DNA of 64,000 nucleotides from Castellaniella sp. (GTDB taxonomy: Bacteria; Pseudomonadota; Gammaproteobacteria; Burkholderiales; Burkholderiaceae_B), in contig JBBAFU010000011.1 of assembly GCA_041655275.1 (NCBI GenBank), positions 31,112 through 95,111 of the forward strand, given 5' to 3'. This document shows, piece by piece, positions 8,735 through 17,948 of this stretch; the stretch's first letter is position 1; the number at the start of each line of letters is the position of its first letter. A model generated the notes under the pieces. That model was not told where the DNA came from. It worked only from the letters and a program-made list of their open reading frames with translations, and did no database searches. Position numbers and translations under genes: made by a program.

Positions 8735-11700
8735 TCAGCTCCGCACGACCGACTGCTTCTGCGCCGCCAGGAAGGCGCGCAGCGACGCCGGCTTCACCGG
8801 CTTGGTGAGCACACGATAGCCGCGCTGGCGCGCCGCTTGTTTCAAGGTATCACTCCCGTCCGCCGTGAGCAATGCGCCGGCAATGTCCGGGCGTACGGCG
8901 CGCAGGGCATCAAGGGCATCCAGACCATCCAGGCGATCATGCAGGTGGTAGTCGACCAGCAGCACATCGGGCTCCTGCGCCATGCTGGCCAGGGCATCAT
9001 CGACCGTCGTGGCACAGATTGCCGTCATGTCCCAGCGCTCGAGCAGGGCCGTCATCCCGGCCAGGATATCCGGGTCATTGTCCAGGCACAGCACGCGCAA
9101 GCCCTGAACAAGGCGCTCTTCGCGCACCGGTTCGACCACGGGGGCCCGGCCCACAGGGGCCGCGACGCGCGGCACCGATATGGAAAATACACTGCCCTGG
9201 CCCACAACGGACTGCGCTCCCAGGCCGTGGCCCAGCAGACGCGAGATGCGCTGGCAGATGGACAGGCCCAGACCCAGACCGCGACCATCCCAGTCGAACG
9301 GCTGCTCGTAGCGATGGAACTCCTGATAGATCTGGCGCAGATGGTGCTGGGGAATGCCGGGCCCGGTGTCCCAGACCTGGAAGACCACCTGATTGCCGCG
9401 TACACGCGCGGCCAGGATGATGCGCCCGGCGCGGGTATAGCGCAGGGCATTCGCGAGGAAATTCTGCAGCACCCGGCGCAGCAGGCGCTGGTCGCTGCGC
9501 ACATAGACCGGTCGCGCATAGAAACGCATGCGCAGGCCGCGCGCATGCGCCATCGGAGCGTACTGTTCGTAGAGCTGGCGCAGCAGCTGGGCCACATCGA
9601 AATCCGTCAGCTCGGGGCGCAGTGCACCGGCGTCCAGGCGCGAGACGTCGAGCAGGCCGTCGAGCAACTCCTCGGCCGCTCGCAGGGAGGCATCGATGCG
9701 CTCGGCCAGATGGCTGCGCTCATCCGGCACTTCCGACTCGCGCAGCGCCGAGGCGAACAGGCGTGCCGCATTGATGGGCTGCAGCACGTCATGACTCACG
9801 GCCGTGAGGAAGCGCGTGCGCGTCTCCTGTGCACGCTCGGCTTCGTTGGTGCGCTCGGCAACGCGCTGCTCCAGGGTCTCGTTGATGTCGCGCAGCTCGC
9901 GCTCCACCCGCTTGTATTCCGTAACATCGCTGTAGCTGGTGACATAGCCGCCTTCGGACAGCGGGCGCCCGCGCAATTCGATGACATGGCCTGAACGCAG
10001 CTTGCGCTCGAAGACATGGGGCGAACCGGCACGCATGTGGGCAATACGCTTGGCCACTTCGGACTCGATGTCCAGCTGCTCGACGCTGCCCAGCTCGCCA
10101 CGCTCGGCGTTGAAGCGGATCAGGTCGGCCACCGGCCGGCCCACATACAGCATGTCGACCGGGTAGTTGAACATCTGATGATAGCGATTGTTCCACGCCA
10201 CCAGCCGCATGTCGGCATCCACCACGCTGACGCCCTGGTCGATGTTCTCCAGCGTTGCCATGAGAATATCGCGATTGAAGCGCAGCTCCTGACCCGCCTC
10301 GTCGAGCACGGCCACGACGGCGGCCACTTCCATGCCGGAACCCTTCAGTGCGCTCGTGAGCACCAGGCGCGCCGACGCCGCGCCGACGGCGGCAGCAAGC
10401 AGCAGCTCGGTGAATTGCACCCATTGACGATCCGCCCGCGACTCCGGCGTCAGTGCCCGGCCCAGCTGCTGTGCCCGTTCGGCAAAAGCACGTTGCGCCG
10501 TCTTCTCGCCGACGATGCGCTCGGCCAGCGTGAGCAGATCGGACACCATGAGGCCGCCCTGCCAGTGGCCGGATGTGAGGCTGTGGCGGGCGGCATAGGG
10601 GTCCAGGAAAGGCTGGGCGCGCAGGCGTTCGCCCAGGCCCGGACGCCAGCGGGCCGACACCACCAGCAGCACCGAAATATTGAACAGAAGCGACCAGAAC
10701 GTGCCATGCGTGATGGGGTCCCATTCCGTCACGCCGAACAGCTGGCGCGGACGCAGCCACTGCAGGCCGTAGGGCCCTTCCAGTACCCACTGGCTGCTCA
10801 TCCAGCCCGAATCGCTCAGCGTGGGCAGCAACAGGGTATACATCCAGAGCGCAAACCCGACGAGCAGGCCGGACATGACGCCCTGGCGACTGGCGCCCCG
10901 CCAATACAGGCCGCCGATGAGCGCAGGCGCAAACTGGCCCACCGCCACAAAGGCCATGAGACCGAAGGAAGCCAGTGCAGTATCGCTGCCGGAGCCACGG
11001 TAGTAGATATAGGCCATGGCGGCCATGGTGGCGATGCCCAGACGGCGTATCCACAGCACGGTGCCGGCCACGTTGCTGCGCGCCCAGCGCCGGCGCAGCA
11101 ACAGGGGCATGACCAGATCATTGGAGATCATGGTTGCCAGCGCGACACTCACGACAATGACCATGCCTGTGGCCGCAGAAAAGCCGCCGATATAGGCGAT
11201 GACGGCCAGCGCCGTTTCGTTGAGCATCATGGGCAGGGCGAGCACGAAGATGTCCGCCGCGACCGGGCCATCATGGCCAAACAGGGCGACACCCGCGCTG
11301 GCGATGGGCAGCACCATCAGGCTGATGATGGCCAGATAGCCGCCGAACAGCCAGCGGGCGCGCCGGATGTCGGCCACGTTCCCGCACTCGACGATAGCCA
11401 CATGAAACTGGCGCGGCAGGCACAACAGGGCCACGAAAGCGAGCACCGTCTGGCTGAGGAAGCCGACGGGTGGCGTGGTTTCAATGAGGGTGCGCGTGGC
11501 CTGCACCACGTTGAGATCCTCGGACGAGAACCACTTCATGGCGAAGATGCCCACCAGCACAAGCGCCACCAGCTTGACCAGCGACTCGAAGGCCACCGCC
11601 AGCATCAGGCCGGGACGGTGTTCGGTGGCGTCGACCTGGCGCGTACCGAAGAGGATGGCGAAGATCGCCATGAGCACCGCCACGTACAGCGCCGGATCGC

Positions 11701-12166
11701 CAAAGGTTGTGGACAGCATCTCGGCGCCGCCCAGCACGCCCAGGCTGGTGGCAACGGCCTTGTATTGCAGGGCCAGATAGGGCACGGCGGCAATGATGGC
11801 GATGACGGCCACGATGGCGGCCAGGCCCTGGGAGCGCCCGTAGCGTGCCGCCAGAAAGTCGGCGATGGACACCGTGTTCTGGGATTGGGCCACCAGGGCA
11901 AGCCGCTCGATGATGCGCCAGCCGAAGATCAGCAGCAGCACCGGGCCCAGGTAGATGGGCAGAAAGCCGATGCCGAAACGCACGGCAGAGCCTACGGCAC
12001 CATAGAAGGTCCAGGATGAACAGTAAACGGCCAGCGCCAGACTGTAGACCGCCGGTCGCAACCAGGGACGTTGCGGGTAGAGCGGGAAGCGATCGCCCAG
12101 CCAGGCGACCGCAAACAGCAGGGCGGCATAGGCAATGGATACCAGTACCAGCCAACCGGGCTGCAT
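8735..12166 (-). CDS. hybrid sensor histidine kinase with N-terminal sodium:solute-symporter (SSS) domain (CrbS/CbrA-like)
   Basis: 1143 aa. About 500 aa of PutP/SSS-like TM domain are followed by PAS, HisKA (FLTAVSHDVLQP), HATPase (GLGLGLSICQRI) and a C-terminal REC (VLLVDYHLHDRLDG). Confidence 0.92.
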   Translation of the reverse strand: MQPGWLVLVSIAYAALLFAVAWLGDRFPLYPQRPWLRPAVYSLALAVYCSSWTFYGAVGSAVRFGIGFLPIYLGPVLLLIFGWRIIERLALVAQSQNTVSIADFLAARYGRSQGLAAIVAVIAIIAAVPYLALQYKAVATSLGVLGGAEMLSTTFGDPALYVAVLMAIFAILFGTRQVDATEHRPGLMLAVAFESLVKLVALVLVGIFAMKWFSSEDLNVVQATRTLIETTPPVGFLSQTVLAFVALLCLPRQFHVAIVECGNVADIRRARWLFGGYLAIISLMVLPIASAGVALFGHDGPVAADIFVLALPMMLNETALAVIAYIGGFSAATGMVIVVSVALATMISNDLVMPLLLRRRWARSNVAGTVLWIRRLGIATMAAMAYIYYRGSGSDTALASFGLMAFVAVGQFAPALIGGLYWRGASRQGVMSGLLVGFALWMYTLLLPTLSDSGWMSSQWVLEGPYGLQWLRPRQLFGVTEWDPITHGTFWSLLFNISVLLVVSARWRPGLGERLRAQPFLDPYAARHSLTSGHWQGGLMVSDLLTLAERIVGEKTAQRAFAERAQQLGRALTPESRADRQWVQFTELLLAAAVGAASARLVLTSALKGSGMEVAAVVAVLDEAGQELRFNRDILMATLENIDQGVSVVDADMRLVAWNNRYHQMFNYPVDMLYVGRPVADLIRFNAERGELGSVEQLDIESEVAKRIAHMRAGSPHVFERKLRSGHVIELRGRPLSEGGYVTSYSDVTEYKRVERELRDINETLEQRVAERTNEAERAQETRTRFLTAVSHDVLQPINAARLFASALRESEVPDERSHLAERIDASLRAAEELLDGLLDVSRLDAGALRPELTDFDVAQLLRQLYEQYAPMAHARGLRMRFYARPVYVRSDQRLLRRVLQNFLANALRYTRAGRIILAARVRGNQVVFQVWDTGPGIPQHHLRQIYQEFHRYEQPFDWDGRGLGLGLSICQRISRLLGHGLGAQSVVGQGSVFSISVPRVAAPVGRAPVVEPVREERLVQGLRVLCLDNDPDILAGMTALLERWDMTAICATTVDDALASMAQEPDVLLVDYHLHDRLDGLDALDALRAVRPDIAGALLTADGSDTLKQAARQRGYRVLTKPVKPASLRAFLAAQKQSVVRS

Positions 12167-12238
12167 GATTGTCTCCGAAGGGTATTCTTATCGTGGGGAC
12201 AATATACGCTATCCGTGTCGTTTCGGAAACAAATGCAG

Positions 12239-12244
12239 TATAAT
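12239..12244 (+). promoter_or_regulatory. candidate -10 box (TATAAT) for tRNA-Cys
   Basis: Perfect TATAAT 23 nt upstream of the tRNA 5' end. A weak -35 (TGTCGT) lies 17 nt upstream. Confidence 0.4.
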
Positions 12245-12267
12245 GGTGGGCTTGAGAGGTTTGCCCT

Positions 12268-12341
12268 GGCGCAATGGCAGAGTGGTGATGCAGCGGATTG
12301 CAAATCCGTGTACGTCGGTTCGATTCCGGCTTGCGCCTCCA
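12268..12341 (+). tRNA. tRNA-Cys (GCA)
   Basis: 74 nt. 7-bp acceptor stem GGCGCAA/TTGCGCC, anticodon loop TTGCAAA, T-arm GGTTCGATTCC and encoded CCA. Confidence 0.93.
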
Positions 12342-12406
12342 GCATCTTCAGCAATCCTCCGGCAATATCTACGAACACCCCATCCCCGTTCCCTTGGGCG
12401 TCCAAC

Positions 12407-12973
12407 TTGCCTGCACAAGCCCCTTCGTACAGCCAATGGTCCGCACAAGCCCTGCTTCAGGCCTCTGCCCTGCAGCAGGAATGGCTGAACCGGCCCGGCG
12501 CGCTGACTGCCGGCCTGCGCGACATTGGTCACGTCGATCTGCGGGTGGTGCGCGAATGCCCCTCCCTGCTCACCGCCGATGAAGCCTGGATGCTGGCGCA
12601 TCCCGTCAATACACCCATCTGGCTGCGCGAGATCGTCATGGCCATCGACGGCGAGGATGCCGTCTTTGCGCGCAGCTTCACGCCGCTGGCGGCGTCCACC
12701 GGCCTGTGGCGCGGCATGCGTTCACTGCAGACGCGGCCGCTGGCCGACATGCTCTATCACGATCGCGAGATTTCACGGTCGGGCTTCTTCCACAGCCGCC
12801 TGAGCCCGCAACAGCCCATGTATCGCTCTGCGCGCCATGCGCTGGGTGCGCAGTGCCCGCCTGCGGGCGCCCTGCTGGCGCGCTGCTCGGTATTCCGGCG
12901 CGAACAGGCGCCGTTGCTGGTTGCAGAAAGCTTTCTGCCTGCATTCTGGGATATGGCCGGCGGCCTGCCCTGA
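12407..12973 (+). CDS. ubiC: chorismate pyruvate-lyase
   Basis: WLREIVMAIDGEDAVFARSFTP, RPLADMLY and LLVAESFLPA match E. coli UbiC ([40 protein letters not shown]). The upstream part of ORF 12071..12973 overlaps the tRNA. There is no in-frame ATG, and TTG at 12407 is the first plausible start, so the start is uncertain. Confidence 0.8.
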   Translation: MPAQAPSYSQWSAQALLQASALQQEWLNRPGALTAGLRDIGHVDLRVVRECPSLLTADEAWMLAHPVNTPIWLREIVMAIDGEDAVFARSFTPLAASTGLWRGMRSLQTRPLADMLYHDREISRSGFFHSRLSPQQPMYRSARHALGAQCPPAGALLARCSVFRREQAPLLVAESFLPAFWDMAGGLP

Positions 12974-12980
12974 TTCTGCT

Positions 12981-14036
12981 CTAGGCCTGCTCCTGCGCCA
13001 TGGCCTGCACACACGCTTTCACCAGGGCAGGCCCACGGTAGATCAGGCCGGTATACAGCTGCACGGCATCGGCACCCGCCGCCCGCTTTTCGCACGCCTC
13101 GCGTGCGCCGGCAATACCGCCCACGCCGATGATGGCCATCTCATGACCCAGACGCATGCGCAGGCGCTCGATCACCCGCAGCGAGAGCGCGTGCACAGGC
13201 GGGCCCGACAGGCCCCCCGCCTCATCGGCATGGGTCAGGCCCGCCACGGCATCACGTGACAGGGTGGTGTTGGTTGCGATGACACCATCGACGTTATGGC
13301 GAGGCAGGACCTCGGCAATGGCATCGACCTGCGCCATCGACAGATCGGGCGCTATCTTCACCACCAGCGGCACACGGCGTCCGTGCCGGTCGGCCAGGGC
13401 TTCGCGACGCAACTGCAGTGCCTGCAGCAGGCCGCCCAGCGCATCGCCCCCCTGCAGGCTGCGAAGATCCCGGGTATTGGGCGAAGAAATGTTCACCGTG
13501 ACATAATCCGCATGCGCATACACACCCTCAAGTCCGGCAAGATAGTCATCCACGGCATTCTCCATGGGCGTGACCGCATTCTTGCCGATGTTGAGCCCGA
13601 GAATGCCGCCGCGCTCACGCCAGCGGCTCTGCTGCACGTTGCGCACAAAGGCCTGCAGGCCCTGATTGTTGAAACCCATGCGGTTGATGAGCGCCTGACG
13701 CTCGGGCAGGCGAAACAGGCGCGGGCGCGGATTGCCGGACTGGGGCAGCGGCGTGACCGTGCCCACCTCGACGAAACCGAAGCCCATTGCGCCCAGGGCG
13801 TCTATACATTCGCCATTCTTGTCCAGCCCCGCCGCCAGCCCGACCGGGTTGGGCAGATCCAGACCCATGAGGCGCAGCCCTCCCTGGCGCAATGGCCCGT
13901 CGCCATGCAGCCCGCGGGTGAGCCGGCACTGCCAGGTCTGCCGCAAGGCCTTCAGGCTGAGCTCGTGCGCCGTCTCGGCATCCAGGGAAAACAACAGTGG
14001 GCGCAGAAAGGGGTAGCCGTGGTGCAGCAGGGACAT
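12981..14036 (-). CDS. pyrD: dihydroorotate dehydrogenase (quinone)
   Basis: Internal Met128 of ORF 12981..14417 gives 351 aa. The sequence ([25 protein letters not shown] ... [10 protein letters not shown] ... NISSPNT ... IIGVGGI) is class 2 PyrD. Confidence 0.92.
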   Translation of the reverse strand: MSLLHHGYPFLRPLLFSLDAETAHELSLKALRQTWQCRLTRGLHGDGPLRQGGLRLMGLDLPNPVGLAAGLDKNGECIDALGAMGFGFVEVGTVTPLPQSGNPRPRLFRLPERQALINRMGFNNQGLQAFVRNVQQSRWRERGGILGLNIGKNAVTPMENAVDDYLAGLEGVYAHADYVTVNISSPNTRDLRSLQGGDALGGLLQALQLRREALADRHGRRVPLVVKIAPDLSMAQVDAIAEVLPRHNVDGVIATNTTLSRDAVAGLTHADEAGGLSGPPVHALSLRVIERLRMRLGHEMAIIGVGGIAGAREACEKRAAGADAVQLYTGLIYRGPALVKACVQAMAQEQA

Positions 14037-14061
14037 GGCGCTATTTCTTTGAAAACATGCG

Positions 14062-14784
14062 TCAGACAAGCTCCTGCCACTGCCCGTCCACGAGGACTTG
14101 TGCCGGCCGGAAGCGCGATTTGTAGGCCATTTTACGGCTTTCGCGAATCCAGTAGCCCAGATACAACCAGGACAGACCCAGCTGGTGGCACTGATCAAGC
14201 TGCCACAGTACACCGTAAGTGCCCAGGCTGCCCTGCACATCCGGATCGAAGAAGGTATAGACCGCCGAAAGACCATTATCGAGCAGATCGACCAGGGCCA
14301 CCATGCGCACCTTCCCGTCGTCCGTACGAAATTCGATGAGACGGGATTCCACACCACTGGCCAGCAGGAACTGGCGATACTGCTTTTCCGTATCATCATC
14401 CATGCCGGCACCCGCATGACGCCGGGTCTGGTAACGATGGTAAAGCGCGAAGTGATCGGCCCGCCAGGACAGGGGAAGCACCCGCACGACCAGATCGCCG
14501 TGGCGCCGCATCACACGCCGCTGCGTGCGGTCGGGACGGAAATTCGCCACATCCACGCGCAGGGGCACGCAGGCCTGACAGCCGCGACACTGCGGCCGGT
14601 AGGTGAACAGGCCGCTGCGCCGGAAGCCCTGCTCTATCAGCCGGGAATACATATGGGCATCAATCAGGTGCGCGGGCGCCGCCACTTCCGAACGCGCCAT
14701 GCGCCCCGGCAGGTAGCTGCAGGGGTACTCGGCGGTGGAATAGAATTGCAGCGTCCTGAACTGCGGCTCCGTAGGATGGCTCAT
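14062..14784 (-). CDS. bpt: arginyl/leucyl-tRNA--protein transferase (ATE family, bacterial Bpt)
   Basis: 240 aa. [15 protein letters not shown] ... FRRSG ... [15 protein letters not shown] ... LGYWI is the ATE_N/ATE_C pattern. Confidence 0.88.
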   Translation of the reverse strand: MSHPTEPQFRTLQFYSTAEYPCSYLPGRMARSEVAAPAHLIDAHMYSRLIEQGFRRSGLFTYRPQCRGCQACVPLRVDVANFRPDRTQRRVMRRHGDLVVRVLPLSWRADHFALYHRYQTRRHAGAGMDDDTEKQYRQFLLASGVESRLIEFRTDDGKVRMVALVDLLDNGLSAVYTFFDPDVQGSLGTYGVLWQLDQCHQLGLSWLYLGYWIRESRKMAYKSRFRPAQVLVDGQWQELV

Positions 14785-14832
14785 GCAATGCCTCCGATTC
14801 GACGATGCGTTCGACGAAAGACTGACACCCCA

Positions 14833-15591
14833 TTATCGCGCTGCAGCAGCGCCGGGAGCAAACCTGCCGTCCTGCAGCAGCCATCCCCTGCCCCATGACG
14901 GGGATGGCAGCGGTACCTCGCGCTGCAACAGTGCAAGGAAGTCAAGGCGCGCCATGGGCTGCGCCCCCAGGCTGGCCAGATGCGGTGTCTCCTGCTGACA
15001 ATCGATATGCGCAATGCCCAGGCGCTGCAGGTGTCGCACCAGATAGACCAGGGCCAGCTTGCTGGCATCCGGCATGCGGCTGAACATGGACTCGCCAAAG
15101 AACATGCGCCCCAGACAGACCCCATACAGGCCGCCTGCCAGCACGCCGTCCTGCCATACCTCCACGCTGTGCACCCGCCCCGCCCTGTGCCAGGCGCCAT
15201 AGACCGCGCGCATATCAGCCGAGATCCAGGTGAGCTCGCGCCCCGGCACCGCCTGGGCACAGGCGCCCATCACCGCGTCAAATGCCAGATTGGTACTGAC
15301 GCCCTGGCCCGGATGGGGGCCATCGCAGGCCTCCGCCCGTGCGAGGCGGCGCAGGCGCCTGTCGAGCGAGCGCGAAATGTGCAGTGCATCACACGCGAGC
15401 ACCATGCGCGGATCGGGACTCCACCACAGTACGGGATCACCTTCATTGAACCAGGGGAAGATACCCTTGGTATAGGCCTCCTCGAGACGCGCCACCGAAA
15501 GGTCGGCGCCGGCCGCAAGCAGGCCCTGCACACCTGCCCGGCGCGCATCGGGCAGCGGCATGCCGGCATCGACCCAGACGATCTGCGTCAC
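14833..15591 (-). CDS. aat: leucyl/phenylalanyl-tRNA--protein transferase
   Basis: [23 protein letters not shown] matches E. coli Aat ([23 protein letters not shown]). The GTG at 15591 starts 2 nt after the NUDIX stop. The listed ATG at 15651 would overlap the upstream gene by 59 nt, so the start is uncertain. Confidence 0.88.
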   Translation of the reverse strand: [252 protein letters not shown]

Positions 15592-15592
15592 A

Positions 15593-16180
15593 TCATCGGG
15601 GCCGGGGCGCCGGAAGATCGTAGTGGTGGATGGGAAACACGCCGAGCGCACTATCCTGCAGATAATGCTGCAGGGTGGTCACGACGGTGCGGAAAGCCAG
15701 ATTATCCCAGGGGATATCCTCGACACGAAAGAAAGCGGCTTCCAGGCTCTCGGGGCCGGGGTACAGCTCGGGACTCAGCACCCGGGCCAGATAATAGAAA
15801 TGAACCTGTTCGGCGTGCGGAACATCGATGACGGTGTACAGCGCACCCAGTTCGATCTGGGCGCCGGCCTCTTCCTGGGTCTCGCGCATAGCGCCCTGGG
15901 CGGTCGTCTCGCCCAGCTCCATGAAGCCGGCCGGCAGGGTCCAGGTGTTATAGCGCGGCTCAATGGCGCGCCGGCACAGCAGCACCCTGTCCTGCCAGAT
16001 GGGCAGCACCCCGACCACGTTGCGCGGATTCTGGTAATGCACTGCGCCGCAACGCCCGCAGGCATCACGCAAACGGTTGTCTTCGGGCGGAATGATCTGC
16101 GTGAGCGGCGTGCCGCACTGGCTGCAGAAGCGCTGCGCGCGGGGTGCGGGAAAATAAAATGAAGAAGCGTCCTGGCTCAT
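15593..16180 (-). CDS. NUDIX hydrolase with N-terminal zinc ribbon
   Basis: CSQCG...CGRCG zinc ribbon, and a Nudix box GFMELGETTAQGAMRETQEEAG. Confidence 0.88.
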   Translation of the reverse strand: MSQDASSFYFPAPRAQRFCSQCGTPLTQIIPPEDNRLRDACGRCGAVHYQNPRNVVGVLPIWQDRVLLCRRAIEPRYNTWTLPAGFMELGETTAQGAMRETQEEAGAQIELGALYTVIDVPHAEQVHFYYLARVLSPELYPGPESLEAAFFRVEDIPWDNLAFRTVVTTLQHYLQDSALGVFPIHHYDLPAPRPR

Positions 16181-16264
16181 GATGCGATTCTACCCAACTG
16201 ACCTTCGGCAGCAAGCGACGCTTTGATTCTAAGCGCATTCCTGCGGGCGAGTCATGCGCGCGTG

Positions 16265-16304
16265 AAAAAAACCCGGCTCCGGTTCATCACCGGGCCGGGT
16301 TTTT
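16265..16304. terminator. bidirectional rho-independent terminator (downstream of phasin gene)
   Basis: AAAAAAA-CCCGGCTCCGG-ttcatca-CCGGGCCGGG-TTTTT. A GC-rich stem flanked by an A-run and a T-run. Confidence 0.75.
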
Positions 16305-16356
16305 CGTGCCGGCGGCATCGGCCGAAGCCGATGCCGGGCACTTCCCTGCTTGCTAT

Positions 16357-16941
16357 TTAGGCAGCAGCGCGGCGGGCGCGGGTGCCGGTGGCAGCCTGCG
16401 TGGCCTGTGCGGCGTCGCTGGCGGCCTTCAGTGTGGCATCGGTAGCGGCGCTGATGTTGGACTCAGCCACTTCAGCGGCCTGGCGTGCCGACTTGGCCAT
16501 GGCCTCGTAGGCGCTGTTGGCCGTGGCCAGCGAGGACTTCAGCAAGGCGACAGCACCTTCGGAGCCGGCCGGAGCATTCTTGCTCAGCTGCTCGATGGCG
16601 TCCTGAAGCTGCTGCTGGACCTGTGCCAGCTGGGCCTCGGTGATCTTGGTGACCGTACCCTGGACACCCGAGATCAGCTCATAGACGTTCTTGCCATAGG
16701 CGACAGCCTGGTCGGCGTTGGGCTGGAACAGCGAGGCGGAAAAGGCCAGTGCCTCCTGTACATCCTGCAGCTGGGCGGCTTGCTGCGACTTCTTGCTCAC
16801 TTCGTCAAACGACGTCTTGAGCACCTTCAGGTTGAGGTCAACCAGCTTCTCGAAGCCGTCGAGCATGGCACCCTGGAAAGCGAGCAGGTTGCCCAGAGAG
16901 GCCTTTTGGCCGGCGATGATTTGTTGCGGTAGCGCGTTCAT
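16357..16941 (-). CDS. phasin-family PHA granule-associated protein
   Basis: Internal Met37 preceded by AGGAAA gives 194 aa. The protein is Ala/Gln-rich and helical (FQGAMLDGFEKLVDLNLKVLKTSFDE...), typical of phasin_2. Confidence 0.82.
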   Translation of the reverse strand: MNALPQQIIAGQKASLGNLLAFQGAMLDGFEKLVDLNLKVLKTSFDEVSKKSQQAAQLQDVQEALAFSASLFQPNADQAVAYGKNVYELISGVQGTVTKITEAQLAQVQQQLQDAIEQLSKNAPAGSEGAVALLKSSLATANSAYEAMAKSARQAAEVAESNISAATDATLKAASDAAQATQAATGTRARRAAA

Positions 16942-17014
16942 GGTGGTTTCCTGTAAAGAATGAATTTTAGCGAAGGCCAAACCCGCTTCGTTACGGAGTC
17001 CCGACCTTCTATGC

Positions 17015-17023
17015 TGCGTTGCA
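17015..17023. promoter_or_regulatory. TGC-N3-GCA half-palindrome upstream of phasin gene
   Basis: TGCGTTGCA within the TGC-rich tgctgcgttgcaca, 74-82 nt upstream of the phasin start. Confidence 0.3.
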
Positions 17024-17066
17024 CAATAGCAATTTAACAAAGCCCGCACGCTTAGTCAAGCATTTT

Positions 17067-17079
17067 GTTGCATCGCAAC
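17067..17079. promoter_or_regulatory. palindrome GTTGC-atc-GCAAC (operator-like)
   Basis: Perfect 5-3-5 palindrome. 14 of 17 positions are identical to the site at 17915-17931. Confidence 0.45.
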
Positions 17080-17096
17080 ATCATGACGGGCGCCGC

Positions 17097-17909
17097 TCAG
17101 GAAACGTCGGTTTCGTACCCCAGGGCCGCAGAGATCTGGCGCGCAATACGCAGCATCAGCGGAATCCACTCGTCGCGCAGGCGATCGGCCGGCGCCGAGA
17201 TTGACAGGCCCGCCTGCAGCGCGCCGGAATCGTCGTAGACGCCGGCGGCAATACATCGCACACCGAGTTCGAGTTCCTCGTTGTCGCGCGCATAGCCCAG
17301 ACGGCGTATGAGTGCCAGTTCGCGCTCCAGGGCCTCGATCTGCGTGATGCTGTTGCGCGTGGTGCCGGCCAGCCCTGTGCGCATGGCGTAGGCCCGCAGC
17401 TGGCGGGCATCGCCGGCCGACAGGAACAGCTTGCCGCTGGACGTCAGGTGCAGCGGGGCGCGCCCTCCCACGGCACGCACCACCTGCATGCCCGAGCACT
17501 CGCTCCAGGCGCGCTCGATGTAGACGATCTCGTCACCCTGCTGCAGGGCCAGATTGATGGTCTGCCCCGTCATGCGGTGGAGCTCGCGCATGGGCTCTAT
17601 GGCCGCCTCGCGAACATCGAGACGCCCCTTCACCAGGGAGCCGAGCTCGAGCAGGCGCATGCCCAGACGATACATGCCGCTGTCGACACGCTCCACATAA
17701 CGGCCTGCAACCAGATCATTCAGGATGCGGTGGGTGGTGGAAGTATGCAGGCCGGTGGCCGCCGCCAGATCCTTGAGTGCCACGGGATCGGAATGCTGCG
17801 CCAGCGTATCGAGCAGGTGCATGGCGCGGGCCAGCACCTGAATAACGACCGGCTGCTCCCGGACGAAATCTGCCTTGAGTATTGTGGTCATGGATCTGGA
17901 TGGGGGCAT
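17097..17909 (-). CDS. IclR-family transcriptional regulator
   Basis: N-terminal wHTH (VQVLARAMHLLDTLAQHSDPVALKDLAAATGLHTSTTHRILNDL) followed by an IclR effector domain. Start at 17909 or Met7 at 17891. Confidence 0.9.
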   Translation of the reverse strand: MPPSRSMTTILKADFVREQPVVIQVLARAMHLLDTLAQHSDPVALKDLAAATGLHTSTTHRILNDLVAGRYVERVDSGMYRLGMRLLELGSLVKGRLDVREAAIEPMRELHRMTGQTINLALQQGDEIVYIERAWSECSGMQVVRAVGGRAPLHLTSSGKLFLSAGDARQLRAYAMRTGLAGTTRNSITQIEALERELALIRRLGYARDNEELELGVRCIAAGVYDDSGALQAGLSISAPADRLRDEWIPLMLRIARQISAALGYETDVS

Positions 17910-17918
17910 AGTTGTTTT

Positions 17919-17948
17919 TTGCGTCGCAACAATTCCATCTTATGGAAT
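17919..17948. promoter_or_regulatory. two adjacent palindromes upstream of the IclR gene
   Basis: TTGC-gtc-GCAA(C) at 17919-17930, then a perfect 7-3-7 palindrome ATTCCAT-ctt-ATGGAAT at 17932-17948. Confidence 0.5.

Noticed and set aside
10016-12019. Very long ORFs antisense to recognised genes. Examples: 10016..12019 (667 aa, opposite the hybrid kinase), 30624..32243 (opposite purH), 60139..61830 (opposite ettA), 25247..26758, 4440..5750, 36404..37513, 38238..39560, 40987..42453, 55120..56280 and 62391..63209.
   Set aside because: Their products are Arg/Ala/Gly/His/Pro/Gln-rich low-complexity strings with no recognisable motifs and no Shine-Dalgarno sequence. Each lies opposite a gene with unmistakable family signatures. 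Stop-codon-poor antisense frames are expected at about 65% G+C.
17067-17079. GTTGC-atc-GCAAC considered as the IclR gene's terminator hairpin.
   Set aside because: It has a 5-bp stem with a 3-nt loop and no following T-run on the minus strand. Its near-identity to the site upstream of the IclR gene fits a protein-binding site better.
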